A DNA stretch of 64,000 bases, taken from the NCBI GenBank assembly GCA_024679065.1, contig JAGIQG010000006.1, positions 48,422,001-48,486,000 on the forward strand, given 5' to 3'. Numbering within the stretch: the stretch's first letter is position 1; every line of letters begins with the position of its first letter. The notes under the pieces are model-generated. The model was not told the origin of the DNA. It ran no database searches and was given only the letters and a program-made list of their open reading frames with translations. The DNA is from Sphyrna mokarran. Its lineage: Eukaryota. Of this stretch, positions 14,400-27,873 are shown in pieces. The translations under genes and the position numbers were made by a program.

Positions 14400-14610
14400 T
14401 TGATTTAATTTATTATTGTCATATGTATTAGGATACAGTGAAAAGTATTGTTTCTTGCATGCAGTACAGACAAAACATACCATTCATAAAGTACACTGGG
14501 AAAAGAGAGAGAGCACAGAATATAGTTTTGCAGTTACAGATGGGGTGAAAAGAAAGATCAATTAGGATATGATAGGACCCTTCAGAAGTCTGATGGCAGC
14601 AGGGAAGAAA
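14400..14610 (-). mobile_element. 3' tail of L2/Rex-like LINE
   Basis: tttgatttaatttattattgtca...aaaagtattgtttcttgc is the reverse complement of the tail at 34400-34485 and matches 38243-38460. Confidence 0.7.
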
Positions 14611-14684
14611 CAATAATAATAATATTTAGAAAGAGGAGGAATATTAGGCAGAAGAAGAAAAACAATATTATATATGTGACTTTT

Positions 14685-14895
14685 TTTTATTCATTCGTAG
14701 GACACGGGCATCACTAGCTGGCCAGCATTTATTGACCATCCCTATAGTTGCTGTTAAGAAGATGGGAGTGAGCTGCCTTCTTGAATCGCTGCAGTTCATG
14801 TTCTGTGGGATGACACATAATGCCATTAGGGAAGGAATTCCAGGATTTTGATCCAGCAACTGTAGCCACTATACTTCCAAGTCAGGATGGTGAAC
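14685..14895 (-). mobile_element. SINE/LINE 3' tail shared with 28130-28745
   Basis: ttcattc...ggccagcatttattg...gagctgccttcttgaa recurs at 28130-28260, 41140-41350 (plus) and about 63380-63620. Confidence 0.65.
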
Positions 14896-15880
14896 CAGGT
14901 TTAATTTATTTTTCATTAAGCAGCACTTTGCTGTTATCTCTAATTCACAATTTGACATTATTGCATCTCTGTCCACCTGACTACTAAGTACACTATTTCA
15001 AACTTAATCAAAACTTATAAAAGATAGGTAGATTTGTCGGGCTGAATTTTTACTCCACCATGGAGTCAAAGACGGAGGCAACTGGGTACATAAAGTTGCA
15101 CCCTTGGCCTTTCTACTGACATCATCCCACACCTCAATCATTTTCCCAGGATGGCACTGGAGGAGAAAGGGTTGCCCTTCTGCAAAAGATAGGTAGTCAA
15201 TTAAGGCAAGTCAACAGCTAATTAAGGCAATTTAACAGGCTCTGACTGGAAAATTCCAGTAAACCTGTGGGCCTCTCACAGTGTCAAGAAAAGGTCAAAC
15301 TGCCTTCCTCACCTGCCTAACCACAGCTAAGGCCAAAGATCATAATGTGGGAGGCTTTCCTTTCTATTATGATGGCCCACAACTGTGGCCATTTCTTAAC
15401 AGAAAAATGTTAGTGTTTCAAGGGTACTTCAAGTCGGAAGCAATCTTTCTCATCTTAATCAGCAAGTTGCAGCTCCTTCTGCTCTATTGGCCTTCCAGTT
15501 TTCAGAGCCCATCTGCCATGTTTAATTTGATGACAAGCACATTTTCTGGACACTAAATGACCAATTCAGGAAAAATCACTGCCGTTTGACAGCTTCCTAA
15601 TTAGTGTAAGATAAAGACCTCCTATTTGATCCCAACATTAGGGTCCTAACACAAACTCAAAAATCCTGCTCCACATTCTACACTGTTTTGTTCTGTCATT
15701 TTTGCAACAGAAATAAATAAAAATCTTTTGAAGGAGAGTAAACATAAATTCAAGATGAATTAAAGTGTTGCATGAATATTGAGGTACTTTCTCAAGTTTG
15801 AAAACAACCATTTTGCAAATTAGTAACAAATAAGTTGCTAACAAATTTTTTCCACTGTGTTTAAAAAATAAGTCATTTAC

Positions 15881-16049
15881 CACTGCTTTAAGGAAACTTG
15901 TCAACTGGTCACATGGGGTCGTGAATGGTTTGACACAAGAAATATTGTGATTGCTTAACCACTGTAGGCAATCACCAGTGTTTTGCAATTTTTCTCCAAT
16001 GCACATCTTACTAAGGTCTGTTTGTAATTCCCTCATAGTCTGTTCAATG
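15881..16049 (-). CDS. KIAA0825: KIAA0825 orthologue, second coding exon (169 nt)
   Basis: Acceptor ttgtctttcag and donor gtaaat. Encodes (C)IEQTMRELQTDLSKMCIGEKLQNTGDCLQWLSNHN...LTSFLKAV, resembling human [31 protein letters not shown]. The phase 2 start joins the upstream TG to give TGC; it ends in phase 0. Confidence 0.9.
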
Positions 16050-17754
16050 CTGAAAGACAAGAATAGAAACATATAAAAAACAAATTAAATCAAATGTATT
16101 TGATGTAACAAAACTATGCAAAAGGAATGACAACTTAAATATAGATATTTTGAACAGGCAAAAATGAAGTGAATTTTGTTTTAATCTTTTCTCTTTTCGT
16201 AAACTTAGTACAGATGAGGGAATCTGTTCGCCTTGTTAAGTTTACTCTTACATAGGAACCTATGATTACTCCTTCACAGTATCGAACAGCTTCTTGACTA
16301 ATTCTAATATTTTAAATTTCACTATTCAATTGGGAAACCATCCCAGACGTCTGTTAAATTTTGTATTGAAAAAACCCTTCCTTCAACATCATAATTCCAC
16401 TAACAATTTTTTAAAAGATTCATTATACTCTAGCACCACCCGACAATTTTTTTTTTGTGATTCACAGCAGGATTCCTGTCAGTTTTTCTCTAGTTAGATT
16501 AATAACATTTTATTGTGTTTATGAAAAATAGTAAAGAAATTCACCAGCATGATGTCGCACACCCCTGGGGGCAGCATTCCATTGGGCCAGAAGATATGGC
16601 TTTGAGCTTTTAATAATCTTTGGGTTGATTCTGGGGGATGCTTATCTCATTGGCACAAATCCTGTTACGGCCCACTCCTGAGATTTAGCACCATAACAGG
16701 ATTTGTGCCTGCGGAGAACAGACCCACTAAAACTCACCCATTGTTATGGTTGCAGCAGACTTTACTAGAGATCAAGTCAGATTCTCAGGGTGGAACTTGG
16801 CTTGATAGACCTTAACTTTAACTGTTTGTTTAGAAACATAAGGGGTGGCTAATGATTAGAGTCACAGTTATGGCAGATGAAATTTTAGCGTAAACCTTTA
16901 TTAAACCAGGAAAGATTAACTTTATTACCCTATGCCTTCACCTTCAACTAAACCTTTATAAACATATACAGATTTGTATTTACACCATAAAGTACAAAAT
17001 CTCAGTGTTCATAGTTAATATACAAGCTGTGGTCAGACACATTATACTCTGAAACCAAGTGACAGATACCACCCAAAGCAGATGACTATGAAAATCTCAA
17101 CAACTTCCCCCAGATATCAGTCATACTGCCAACTGGTCACATGCAAACATCCTTCACACAAAGGTTTCCAATCTCCACTCCCAAAAAATATACCGGGAAT
17201 TTTATCCAAAAAACGTCTTCAACAAAAATCTATTTCCAGCATTTCGATTTCTCCTTCCGAATGTTCCTCTCTCCTGAATAACCACGTGCATTTAAGCTTC
17301 ACCTTCCACGCACTCTCTCAGATATTCAGCAATACCAACACAATGCTACATCTCACATACCCATCAACCGTTGGCCATTTCTTTGGATGATAACTAACTG
17401 TATATGTGTACAGGATCAGTTACTGGCCTAATACCAGGAAACCTGACAAACTGCAGCCAATTTCCAGCTGGCGTATGTGCAGAATCTAAAGGTTGTAAAA
17501 AGATCAATCTGTGTAACAGTGGTTTTTCCAATGTGGTTGCATGTGCAGAGGCTGCTGAGGTCCATCAAGGATAATAATTCCCATCTCTGAGACCCAATGT
17601 CCATTTGAAAAATGTTAAATTTGTCTTTTCTTTTTCTTTATTTTCTGGGGTCCATAGCACCTGTGTGAAGTATTCTTTATAATTGCCCAATATGCATTTC
17701 ACGCAAACATAGCATCATAGACATCCAGCAAATGGTTTATTACATACTAAACAA

Positions 17755-18050
17755 AGTAAAAGTAAAAAGTTTATTTATTAGTCACAAGTAGGCATACATT
17801 AACACTGCAAAGAAGTTACTGTGAAAGTCCCACTCTTGCACCTGTTCAGGTTCACTGAGGGGCAACTTAGCATAGCCAATGCACTTAACTAGTACCTAAC
17901 TGGACAGCGGAAGGAAACCAGACATTCGGAAGAAACCCATGCACAAACAGGAAGAACGTGAAGACTTCACATAGACAGTGACCCAAGCTGGGAATTGAAC
18001 CCGGGTGCCTGTCCTGTGAGGTAGCAGTGCTAACCACTGTGCCACCCTGT
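17755..18050 (-). mobile_element. HE1/V-SINE family copy
   Basis: tRNA-derived head gggtggcacagtggttagcactgct...gggttcaattccc (A/B boxes) plus V-domain. Confidence 0.9.
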
Positions 18051-21000
18051 CGTCCCACTGGAAGATGGCAAGATGGAAAATCCATTTTCCATCTTGTTTC
18101 ACAATTACATGTCATTTCATATAATTAAAAGACTTAAAATTAAATAATGTCCCAAGACTAGCAAAACTATTACATCATAAGAATATTATAATTTAACCTT
18201 CATGTTTCTATGAATCTTTTATGATCTTGTTACATCTTCAACCCCATTTCAAATAGGTCTTTTCAACCTCTCTTTGAGCCATACCAATTATCTACTTCCT
18301 CTGGAGTTTTGTAGTTTATTCTAACTCTTCAACTCTTTTGCATATTTAAGAACTACATCATTCCATTCCTCGACAAGTCTTCATCTGTCTTTTATAAATT
18401 GTCCTCTTCCCTGAATTCCAGCATTTTGCATTGTGTATTAACATTGATTTACAGGTGCTTGCTGCCAATGTGTCTGTTCATTGAACCTTCCATTTTGCAA
18501 TTTCAATCCCTTTTGCACGCAATTCTTAATGTCCAACTCTGTAGGCATTTCATTTGCTCTGTGGTTGATACATCAGTACTATCACTTAGAAAAGTTCTTT
18601 GCTCAACTAGATCTTGATTCGGCAAGGACTTTTTATTCACAGGAACAACTTCAGAACTGCAACACATCTGACCACACATTTTTTCCTTCATTTTCCCTAG
18701 ATTGCATCAAAGCTCAGGAATCTAATTGTTTTTTTCATGGCAAAGTTATAACAGTTACTAATTTTGATTTTTAATTCTGTACTCTATCAAATATTCTGAT
18801 TCACAAACAATTCCTTTTCTTGTTCAAGGCATTTTCCACAATATTTCATAGCAACTTCTGATGCTTAAAATTCATCAAATTTTCCTTGGTTAATTAACTT
18901 CTATAGGTTATCATTCAAACATTAAGTGCTCAATGAAGTGTTCTATTTTCGGTGACTATTTCTCAATTGTTCTCACCAATTATCATTTTTCATTAGCAAG
19001 CTCTTATTTCATGCATGGAAGTTGGTTTACAATGTTAATCAGATTTTTCTTCAATTGCTTGTTGTTGGCATCTTTTACCACAGTAATTTTTAGGAGTTGG
19101 TTAAGATTAGCAAGATCAACCATCTATTGTAATACAAGAGCTCTACATTATTATCCCCTCTAGCCAAATGATTACCCCATGATAAAATCTATCCCTTCAG
19201 TAAGTACCCTAAAAATAATTCCCAATATATCAATTCAGTTTATGAAATGATTTTCAAAATTGATTTGACATAAAAAAAGGCTCATTAATCCCTTTATCAA
19301 TACTTTTTTCTTCATAACACTATTCAGAATATCAATGCATCACCAATAATTGATCTACCCAGTATCTCATTGGAAGAGTTAAGGGGACACTTCTCCATTT
19401 GAAATAGCCCATAGTAAAGAATCACCAACTCTTGGCTGTCTTCTTGAATCTTTTGGCTCTTGCAAGACCATTTTGCTTTGGTTCTGCACCTTGCACCTTT
19501 CTATCTTGAATCCGAAGCCTTTTTCCTCTGCTCCTTACTTTAACTTGACTGAACAGGACTTGTTTCTGATTCCTGTTCTTGTTCCTCAACTAAAGTATCT
19601 TCTTGAGACCTTCTTCTGTCCCACTTCTGGGTTGTCGGAACTTCTTTATTTTCACTGGGACTTGTTCACTGCAGCTCCCACTCTATCATCCAGCTTCTTT
19701 TAGCACCTTCTGCAGATTGGCATTCTCTTCCAAGTCATCTGATCTCCTTTTAACTTTGTTTCACCTTTGTTTTTATTTGGTCTGCAGTGCAGGCTCAAGG
19801 CTGACTTTAAAGAAAATAAAGCTACCAAAATGAACTGCACTTGTGCCAAGTCATTTACCAGCTTAACACTGAGCAACTGTGTATGTGAACAGCCAGCGTA
19901 TGTGCATAGACCATAAGAAGAATGATCTATGCCTGTGCGGCCTTTCCAGGGCAAGTTCATGCAAAGACTGCCCACCAAGAACTGCAGTTCCCAACTCAAG
20001 AGGCCCAATCCCCATTTTTCTCTTCTTTATTTTCTGGGATCCATAAAATCTTTTGAAGCATTTCATTAAAATAGTAAGAAACAGTCGATGAAAGATGAAA
20101 TCCTTCAAAATATACATCAAATGAAATCTGGGACGAAACATTAAGAGGCAGAAGGCTTCTTAATGCACTGTAGAAATTTACTTGGTTAGTTCATACTTTA
20201 TCACCATCACAGTATATATCAATGGGCAACCAATTGGAATACAACACTATTTGACTCCAGTTCGTCAGTAAATTAGGTACTCATTTGGACTGACATTTCA
20301 GTTTAATATACAATTTACTTTACTTCCATTTACTCTAGCAATGCCAGCTGATAATTGCTATACTTGCTTACCTCCTGAAAGGTCATGGATACAAGTCTAC
20401 TTTATACCTGAATAGCTAATCAGAATGTTTAGCATGAAACACCTTAGGTGAAATACTCCATCCTCTCAATTGCATGTTTCCCGCACCAGGAGGTGGCATG
20501 CTGTTTGTTAGCCACGGGATTCTCTGGTCCTGCTATTGTTAATGGCAATTCCCACTGATATCATTCCACACTGGTGGGCAACCCCGCCAGACAGGGGTGC
20601 ACTGCCAGTGGGACCAGAGAATCCTGCTGGTGTGAACAGCTGGAGAATTCTGATCAACAATACTTTGAAACTTAACTGTAAAGTTGAAAGTATCCCAAAG
20701 TAAAAATGAAGTACAGAATTGCTAGATGCAATATAGTTCAGATCTTCTCCCCTCTGTTGATGTAACTTCGCCAATAGTGCATTGAAAACTTATTTGTGGA
20801 CTTCCACTGTCCTTTCAACAAAGTGGAGCAGGATGGAAATTGACAGCCTGTGATTCAATGTAGTAGATACCTAATGTCTGTGCAAATCCTAGAAATGTTT
20901 GCATCATAATTATTTCTTCTTCTCAATTTATCATACAAACTCTGAAATTTGTCACTACTTCTTACTTCCCAAATTGTATTAGGTTCATTGCTACACGAGC

Positions 21001-21594
21001 TGAAATTAATTGCTCCACGGTCTCACTTTTCTCTTTCTCACTTCTAAAGGTCTACAACCCAATGAGAAGTCTGCATTATCTCTGACCTCATATACATCCC
21101 TGAAGTCAGAGGGGTCCTGCTCTGCAGCTGTTCAATAGGCCATTCTACAACTTGCAGCTTTTGATTTGCTTGTGTTCAAGATTAGGTGATGGAATCAAAA
21201 CAAAACAAACTACTTCAAAAGTGCTTCTTTTAAGACCTGGGGATGAAATCCATCACGATCAGCTTTTAGTTCAAATAATTTTCTCTGTACCCTTACCCTG
21301 TAATTTTTGTAAATTCTTCCATCCCTTTCACTTCTTAAAGGCAGGGACCTGACTTTGTCACCTTGAGCTTATACTTCAGTAATGGCTATCAGATCATAAA
21401 TATTTATTTCTGTTTGAGCTACCACCTTTTCTGTTTTATTACGAATGCCATGTGTATTTAATTACAGAATATTTAGTTCTGTCCTTGTACTATTTTCATT
21501 GCTTCTCACCTGTTTGTTGGATCACTGTCAAGTCTATATACTCTGTCTCTTACTGTCATACTCGATTACCACTTCTCTTAATGCTACCTTAGAC

Positions 21595-21936
21595 CATAGA
21601 ATAGAATCCTACAGTGCAGAAAGAGGCCATTTGGCCAATCAAGTCTGCACCAACCACAATCCCACCCAGACCCCATCCCCATATCCCTACATATTTTACC
21701 CACTAATCCCTCTAACCTATGCATCCCAGGACATTAAGGGACAATTTAGAATGGCCAATCAACCTAACCCGCACATCTTTGGACTGTGGGAGGAAACCGG
21801 GGTACCTAGAGGAAACCCACGCACACACAGGGAGAACGTGAAAACTCCACACAGACAGTGACTCGAGCCGGGATTTGAACTCAGGTCCATGAAGCTGTGA
21901 AGCAGCAGTGCTAACCACTGTGCCAACGTGCTGCCC
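21595..21936 (-). mobile_element. HE1/V-SINE copy
   Basis: Full head, V-domain (tgtgcgtgggtttcctc...ggtttcctcccacagtccaaagatgtgcgggttagg) and CR1-like gattctat tail. Confidence 0.92.
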
Positions 21937-22153
21937 TTTTCCATAAAGAATAATCTATTAACTCAGACCACAACCTATTTTCTTTTTATAACTGATTGCC
22001 TTGCTCTCTTGTCTTTTCTTTTCCCTTTAAGTTATCACATTTTCCCATACTTGATCCTCTGACTGCATATCTCTTATATGACTTACCAAAACATTGGTTC
22101 CAACACAGTTCAGGTGAACACCACTCAAACATACTGGTCCCACTTTCCTCAGT

Positions 22154-22201
22154 ACTAATGTCAATTCCCCATGAATGACTAATGTCAATTCCCCATGAAT
22201 G
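22154..22201. repeat. 24-bp tandem duplication
   Basis: actaatgtcaattccccatgaatg occurs twice. Confidence 0.95.
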
Positions 22202-22869
22202 AAAACTCTGTTGCAGGGAAAGAATGACTGGCAAGCTATTCCATCCCTCGCTCCCCTTGAGAGACCAGACAAAGCATCTGAATTTAAAAATGGCCTTTAT
22301 GTTGCTTTTGCCAGGGTGCCAGTGCTCCAACTAGTTGCACACGTTATATTTTTGAGTTCAGTTACTATAAATTAGCATATATCAACAAAGGTGTGCATTT
22401 ATTATTGAGTATCTATGTCCAATCACGGCTATCAATTAGCTTTACATCATACATGGAATATGCTTACAACTAACCAATCACAACATGCACAAATGTACTT
22501 ATTATAATATCCAATCATTCAGTGTAAAGGCTTGTAAATGCTATTTAATTAAATTTACTACTGGCTATAATTTGTTCTTAACATAACAACTTATATCTAA
22601 CCTGTGGATATCAATTATTCTCCATTGTCCGATGTCCCTGGTGCTTAATGAATTTTCCCAAAGTAAGGAGTTTCAGAAGACAAAGTTTATGCTCAAGCTG
22701 TAATAATATCGCCTCTGGGTGTTATTTTTAGATCATTTTGTGCCAGAAAAAAGTGGTCCAGCAATCACACATTAAATGCCTTGAGAGCTGCCCTCTGTGG
22801 TGCTTCTGCCTCAGAACTAATGGCTTACAGTTTGTGTCCTTGAATGCTTACTCATAATTAGCTTGCTTG

Positions 22870-23580
22870 TTTTGATTTTCAACCAAACTGTTTTTTTTTA
22901 ACCCTTTTAAACTCATTCCTCCCACATCAATTTGTGAACCACATACTGAACTCTCCAATCTTATTTACCCTATGCCAATTTGCTAATGGTTCAGGTAATA
23001 ATCCTGAGGTTAGTATTTGAAGCTCTGCTTTTTAATTTAGTCCCTAGCTTCTCATACTCTTTCCTAATTCTACCCATGTCACTGATGCCCAACTGGATCA
23101 TGACCATTGGATTCACTGCCTCCCACTACAAGTTTTCCTCCAACTCAAAGCAGATTTCTCAAACTTTTATTCCTCTGACTGTACCTTCCCCAACTATCTC
23201 TATATTACTTTTGACTGCCCCTGTTTGGATGGCTTCCTGCACTCATTCATCCTTCAGCCTCTGTTTTCGTCCACGGAGTCTGCAGGCACCTTAAACCCAT
23301 TGGAAAATTTCAAGAGCTGAGGCTCCTTCATTCCCAGCTTCTCAATGCCCTTACATGCCTTACTTGCAGTCACATCCTGCTGGTTCTGACCACTGACCAA
23401 ATGACATGACCCTAGCTTAAGGGATATGACCACCTCCTGGAGCAAAATGTCCAGGTAACTTTTCTGAGCTGAAGCTTCTCAAGACGCATACACTTACTGC
23501 AAATGTTCCAATCTGGATCACGCTGCCATCCAGTAAATCTCACATTCTGCATTTGCAACAAATCACCTCCCTGCCATCAT
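22870..23580 (-). mobile_element. Decayed CR1 ORF1 fragment
   Basis: Reverse complement resembles CR1 ORF1 (Cys-rich N-terminus and esterase remnants) as seen at 54060-54680. Confidence 0.5.
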
Positions 23581-24159
23581 TATCATGTGTTAACAATTTT
23601 AACTCATTAATTTATACTTAATAACCCCTTGCTCCTGCTAATCTTTACTGCAATGAGTAAATCTTGCTATTACTCATAGATCCTTACAGTTACTAGTACA
23701 TTATGAGTTTTGAAAGATAAACAAGCAAAGTGAATTAATACTTATCATAAATCACCTATATGTTCCCATGATGTCACACCTTGATTTTTTCTTTTGGAAT
23801 GCCCATTCAGACTGGAATCCGGCATTGGATAGTTTCACTGTTCTTGCTCCTTCCCAGGGTGAACTCATGCTCTCTGGCTGCACCTTTTGAAGCTCTCATT
23901 CCCTTGCAAGGTGAACTCCTGGTTTCTTCACTGCCTTTTGAAAGCCCTTTTCTTCCACTCCTCCTATAAATGAACTCCCACTTCTCTCAGATACAAATTG
24001 CCTTTCTAGTCTACTTGTGAATTTCAATACTTTTTATGGTTCTGCCATGCTCACTCAGGCTGCTCCTCATAATTCGGTATATTTTTCTAGAATTTACTAC
24101 ACTTTTATGTACCTTTGTACGTAGAATACATTTATGTTTCCACAACACCAGTGAAACAA

Positions 24160-25223
24160 GGGGAATGATTCTACCAAAAGTGCAGAATTGACAAGATAAA
24201 CGGTCTAGATCACAACTGTTTTTTCAGTGCAACTTCAGACCAGAATCTCCCCACTCCCCACGAGTAATGCAGAGGTCCAAATTGTGAATTATCATAAAAA
24301 ACCAGGAGGGACGCCTAATCACACCAGAGGCAGAAGCATGCACAGTGGTCTTGACCTGTCAGATTTTCCGTTTGCTGGTCAGCTTGCTGACCCCCACAGT
24401 GCTGCCCCTCCCGGCACACCATGGCCAAATCGTGGTCCCCATGACAATTCAGGGCTAACCCTGACATCCCCTTGTCTCAGAGTGTCTTAATCCCTCCCCC
24501 CTCACTTCCCCAAGCAGTGGTAATTTCCCCCGCCCCTCCCATAGAAGACTACCGAGGCCTCCAACCTCTACAGACAGATCCCGCCCACCCCCCCAAGACA
24601 GGAGGCAGACTCCCCAGCAGAGTTATCACTTCGCAAGCTCACCCCAATCGCTGGCCTCTCTCCAGTCCAGACTGATCCCCAAACAAGAGTGGCAGCAGGA
24701 CCCCTCGTCTCCACTGATAGGTGCCCCCGTCCCCACAAGAGCCCCCACTCTTGTCACTGCCCAATGTGCAGTGCCAAGGTGCACCCTGGGCACGGGCATC
24801 TTGCTGCTTGGGTCGTACTGGGGGCATAGGTTGGCAGTGCTGGGTGCCCATGTCCAGTGGGCACCAATCTCTTTGCTGCCTGATTCCCTGGGAGCATCGA
24901 TTGTCACCCCTTCACTCCAGGGGGTCTCCCGCTAGTTCCATGAACATGGGGAGCTAATCTAAACCCTGCCAGAATGAAATGCTTCTGGTGGGATAGGAGA
25001 TGCTATCAAGCTTGGCAAGTTCAATGCTGGGTCCGATAAGGACATTTAAAATAGACTAAAAATATACCTAAAACCGGTTTCCAGCACAGTACCAACTGCA
25101 CCTGTTCTCTGGCTCTGGGAGACGTGCATTTGTTGCGAACGCAAGCACAAATCCTGCAAAATGGCCGACGTGCATTTCCCGACCCGCCAGAAAATTTGCG
25201 GTTCACAATGGGAGAATCACCTC
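24160..25223. mobile_element. GC-rich non-autonomous TIR element (PIF/Harbinger-like shark repeat)
   Basis: Imperfect terminal inverted repeats ggggaatgattctacca and reverse-complement gaggtgattctcccat. The interior is C-rich and non-coding. Confidence 0.55.
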
Positions 25224-25474
25224 AATGTGTTGTAAGCTATCCAATGATCTACGACTCTGTGCTGACTTCCAGCCACTACTTCAGGCTGCTTTTAATACCA
25301 TTTTCCCAGTTACTGCATGATCTTGCCAAACACCCTTCAAAAGCTTAATTTTCATTCATACCAGCAATCTTTGCCAGATACCCCTAATTTTGTTAGCAAC
25401 TTACCCCCACCCATCATGTTGCTGTTCCAAATGCCACCAGAATACTTAGTCTGTTCCCTTCAATGTCTCCATTT

Positions 25475-26119
25475 ATCATAGAAACATATAAAATAGAAAC
25501 AGGAGGAGGCCATTTGGCTCTTCAAACCTGCTTTGTCATTCATTATGATCGTGGTTTATCATCCAACTTGATAGCCTTCTTCCATATCTTTTAATTCCCT
25601 TCACCTTAAGTGCTGGATCTAACTGCTTTTTGAAAACATTCAATGTTTTGGCATCAAGTGCTTTCTATGATAGCTGACCATTTTTTGGGTGTAGAAATTT
25701 CTCCTCATCTCTGGCCTACATGATCTGTCCAATATCCTCAGACTGTGATCCCTGATTCTGGACACTCCCATCACTGGGAACATCCTTCTTGCATCTACCG
25801 TTTAGTCCTGCTAGAACTTGAAGTTTCATGAAATATATCACTTCACACCCAAGAACATAAGAACAGAAGAAACAGAAATAGGAGTAGGCCATCTAGCCCC
25901 TCAAGCCTGCACGCCATTCAATAATATCATTGCTTATCTGAAGTGGATTAGTTCTACTTACCTACCTGCTCCCCATAACCCTTAATTCCCTTATCTATCA
26001 GAAATTTATCTACTATACTTAAAACATATTCAACGAGGTAACCTCCATCACTTCAATGGGCAGAGAATTCCAGAGATTCACCACCCTCTGAGAGAAGCTC
26101 CTCCTCAACTCTGTTCTAA

Positions 26120-26159
<40 letters not shown>

Positions 26160-26245
26160 ACACACACACACACACACACCACACACACCACCCCCCCCCC
26201 CCCCCCCGCCCACCTTATTTTGAGGCTGTGCCCTATAGTTCTGGT
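25475..26245 (-). mobile_element. Two adjacent CR1 3' fragments
   Basis: Tail repeats (catagaaacat, aagaacataagaac) and the RT C-terminal frame RRSFSQRVVNLWNSLP on the minus strand. Confidence 0.85.
26124..26207. repeat. (CA)n microsatellite grading into poly-C
   Basis: Directly visible tandem repeat. Confidence 0.98.
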
Positions 26246-26449
26246 ACAGCAGGGAAAAAACAAACAGGAACAAAAGGGAAGGCAACAAAACAGGACAAAT
26301 AAAAAGACACAGAGAATAAGTCAAAAAGACATAAGCAAACACCAACACAAAAACTATACAAGTAAATAAGCCAGTAACTATCTGCCAAAAAGCCATGAAC
26401 AGCATCGTGCAAGATTATATCACAAGCCTAAAATATAAATACAATTTAT

Positions 26450-27640
26450 AGAACAAAGAAAATTATAGCACAGGAATGACCCTTTGGCCCCCCAAGCCTT
26501 CACCGACAATTGTACTGTGTGAACTAAAACCCCTTTCCCTTCTGGGAACCATATGCTTCTGTTCCCATCCTATTCATGTATTTGTCCAGACACTCCTTAA
26601 AAGTCCCTATAGTATCTGCTTCCACTGCCTCCCCTGGCAGGGAGTTCCAGGCATCCACCACCCTCTGTGTAAAAAAACTTGCCTTGAACATCTCCTTTAA
26701 ACTTTGCACCTCACACCTTAAACCTATGCCCCTTGGTAACTGACTCTTCCACCCTGGGAAAAAGCTTCTGACTATCCACTCTGTCCATGCCCCTCACAAT
26801 CTATGTAGATTTCTATCAGGTCGCCTCTAAACCGCCATTGTTCCAGTGAGAACAAACCAAGAGGGATGGAGTATAAAAGCAGAGAGGTCTTGCTGCAATT
26901 ATACAAGGTACTGGTGAGACCGCATCTAGAGTACTATGTATAATTTTGGTCCCCTTATTTAAGAAAAGATATATTAGCTTTGAAGGGGTACACAGAAGGT
27001 TCACTAGGTTGATTCCAGAGATGAAGGGGTTAGCTTATGAGGAGAGACTAAGTAGACTGGGCCTATACTCATTGGAGTTTAGAAGGCTGAGGGGAGATCT
27101 TATAGAACATATAAGATAATGAATGGGATAGACAGGGTAGAAGTAGTGAGATTATTTCCACTTAGAATGGAAAAAAGAACTAGAGGGCACAGCCTCAAAA
27201 CATAGGGGAGTCAATATAGAACAGAGTTGAGGGGGGACTTCTTCTCCCAGAGGGTAGTGAATCTTTGGCATCCTCTGCTCATTGAAGCAGTGGAGGCTAC
27301 CTCACTAAATGTGTTTAAGTAACAGATAGATAGATGTTTGACCAATAAAAGAATTAAGGGTTATGGGGAGCAGGCAGGTAAGTGGAACTGAACCACTATC
27401 AGATTAGCCATGATCTTATCGAATGGCGGGGCAGGTCGAAGAGCTAGATAGCCTACTCCTGCTCCTATTCCTTAAGTTCTTATGTTCTCCAACCTTTCCT
27501 CATAGTTAACACCCTCCATACCAGGCAACATCCTGGTAAATCTTCTCTAACCCTCTGCAAAGTTCCAAATCCTTCTAGTAGTATGGCAACCATAATTGAG
27601 CACTATATTCCAAGTGTGGCCGGACTAAGGTTCTATAAAG
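26450..27640 (-). mobile_element. CR1 3' fragment (minus) split by a plus-strand CR1 at about 26860-27487
   Basis: Minus frame FFTQRVVDAWNSLP. The inner copy has LYKVLVRPHLEY and LGLYSLEFRRLRGDL and ends in a gttcttatgttct tail. Confidence 0.88.
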
Positions 27641-27873
27641 CAATTATACTGATAATTATACTATTATAATCTATTATACTGATTATTTATAGTTATACAT
27701 ATTAATAAATATTAAAATAACTTGTTAATATAAATTATTCATGTCTTTGACAATTAATCCAATTGAGTTCAAAAACTCTGATATAAACTTGGGGATGTAT
27801 TTGGAGCAAAGAGATCTCACATCGAAAGCGAAACTTGAAGCTGGGTTCAGCTACCCAGTCTGTGGCTTTTTAC

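Noticed and set aside
15638-16072. 144-aa single-exon protein
   Set aside because: Only 15881-16049 is exonic; the remainder is intron read-through past a gtaaat donor.
24227-25348. GC-rich region with overlapping ORFs as CpG-island promoter or gene
   Set aside because: Bounded by inverted termini, CpG-depleted and with low-complexity translations; better explained as a non-autonomous transposon.
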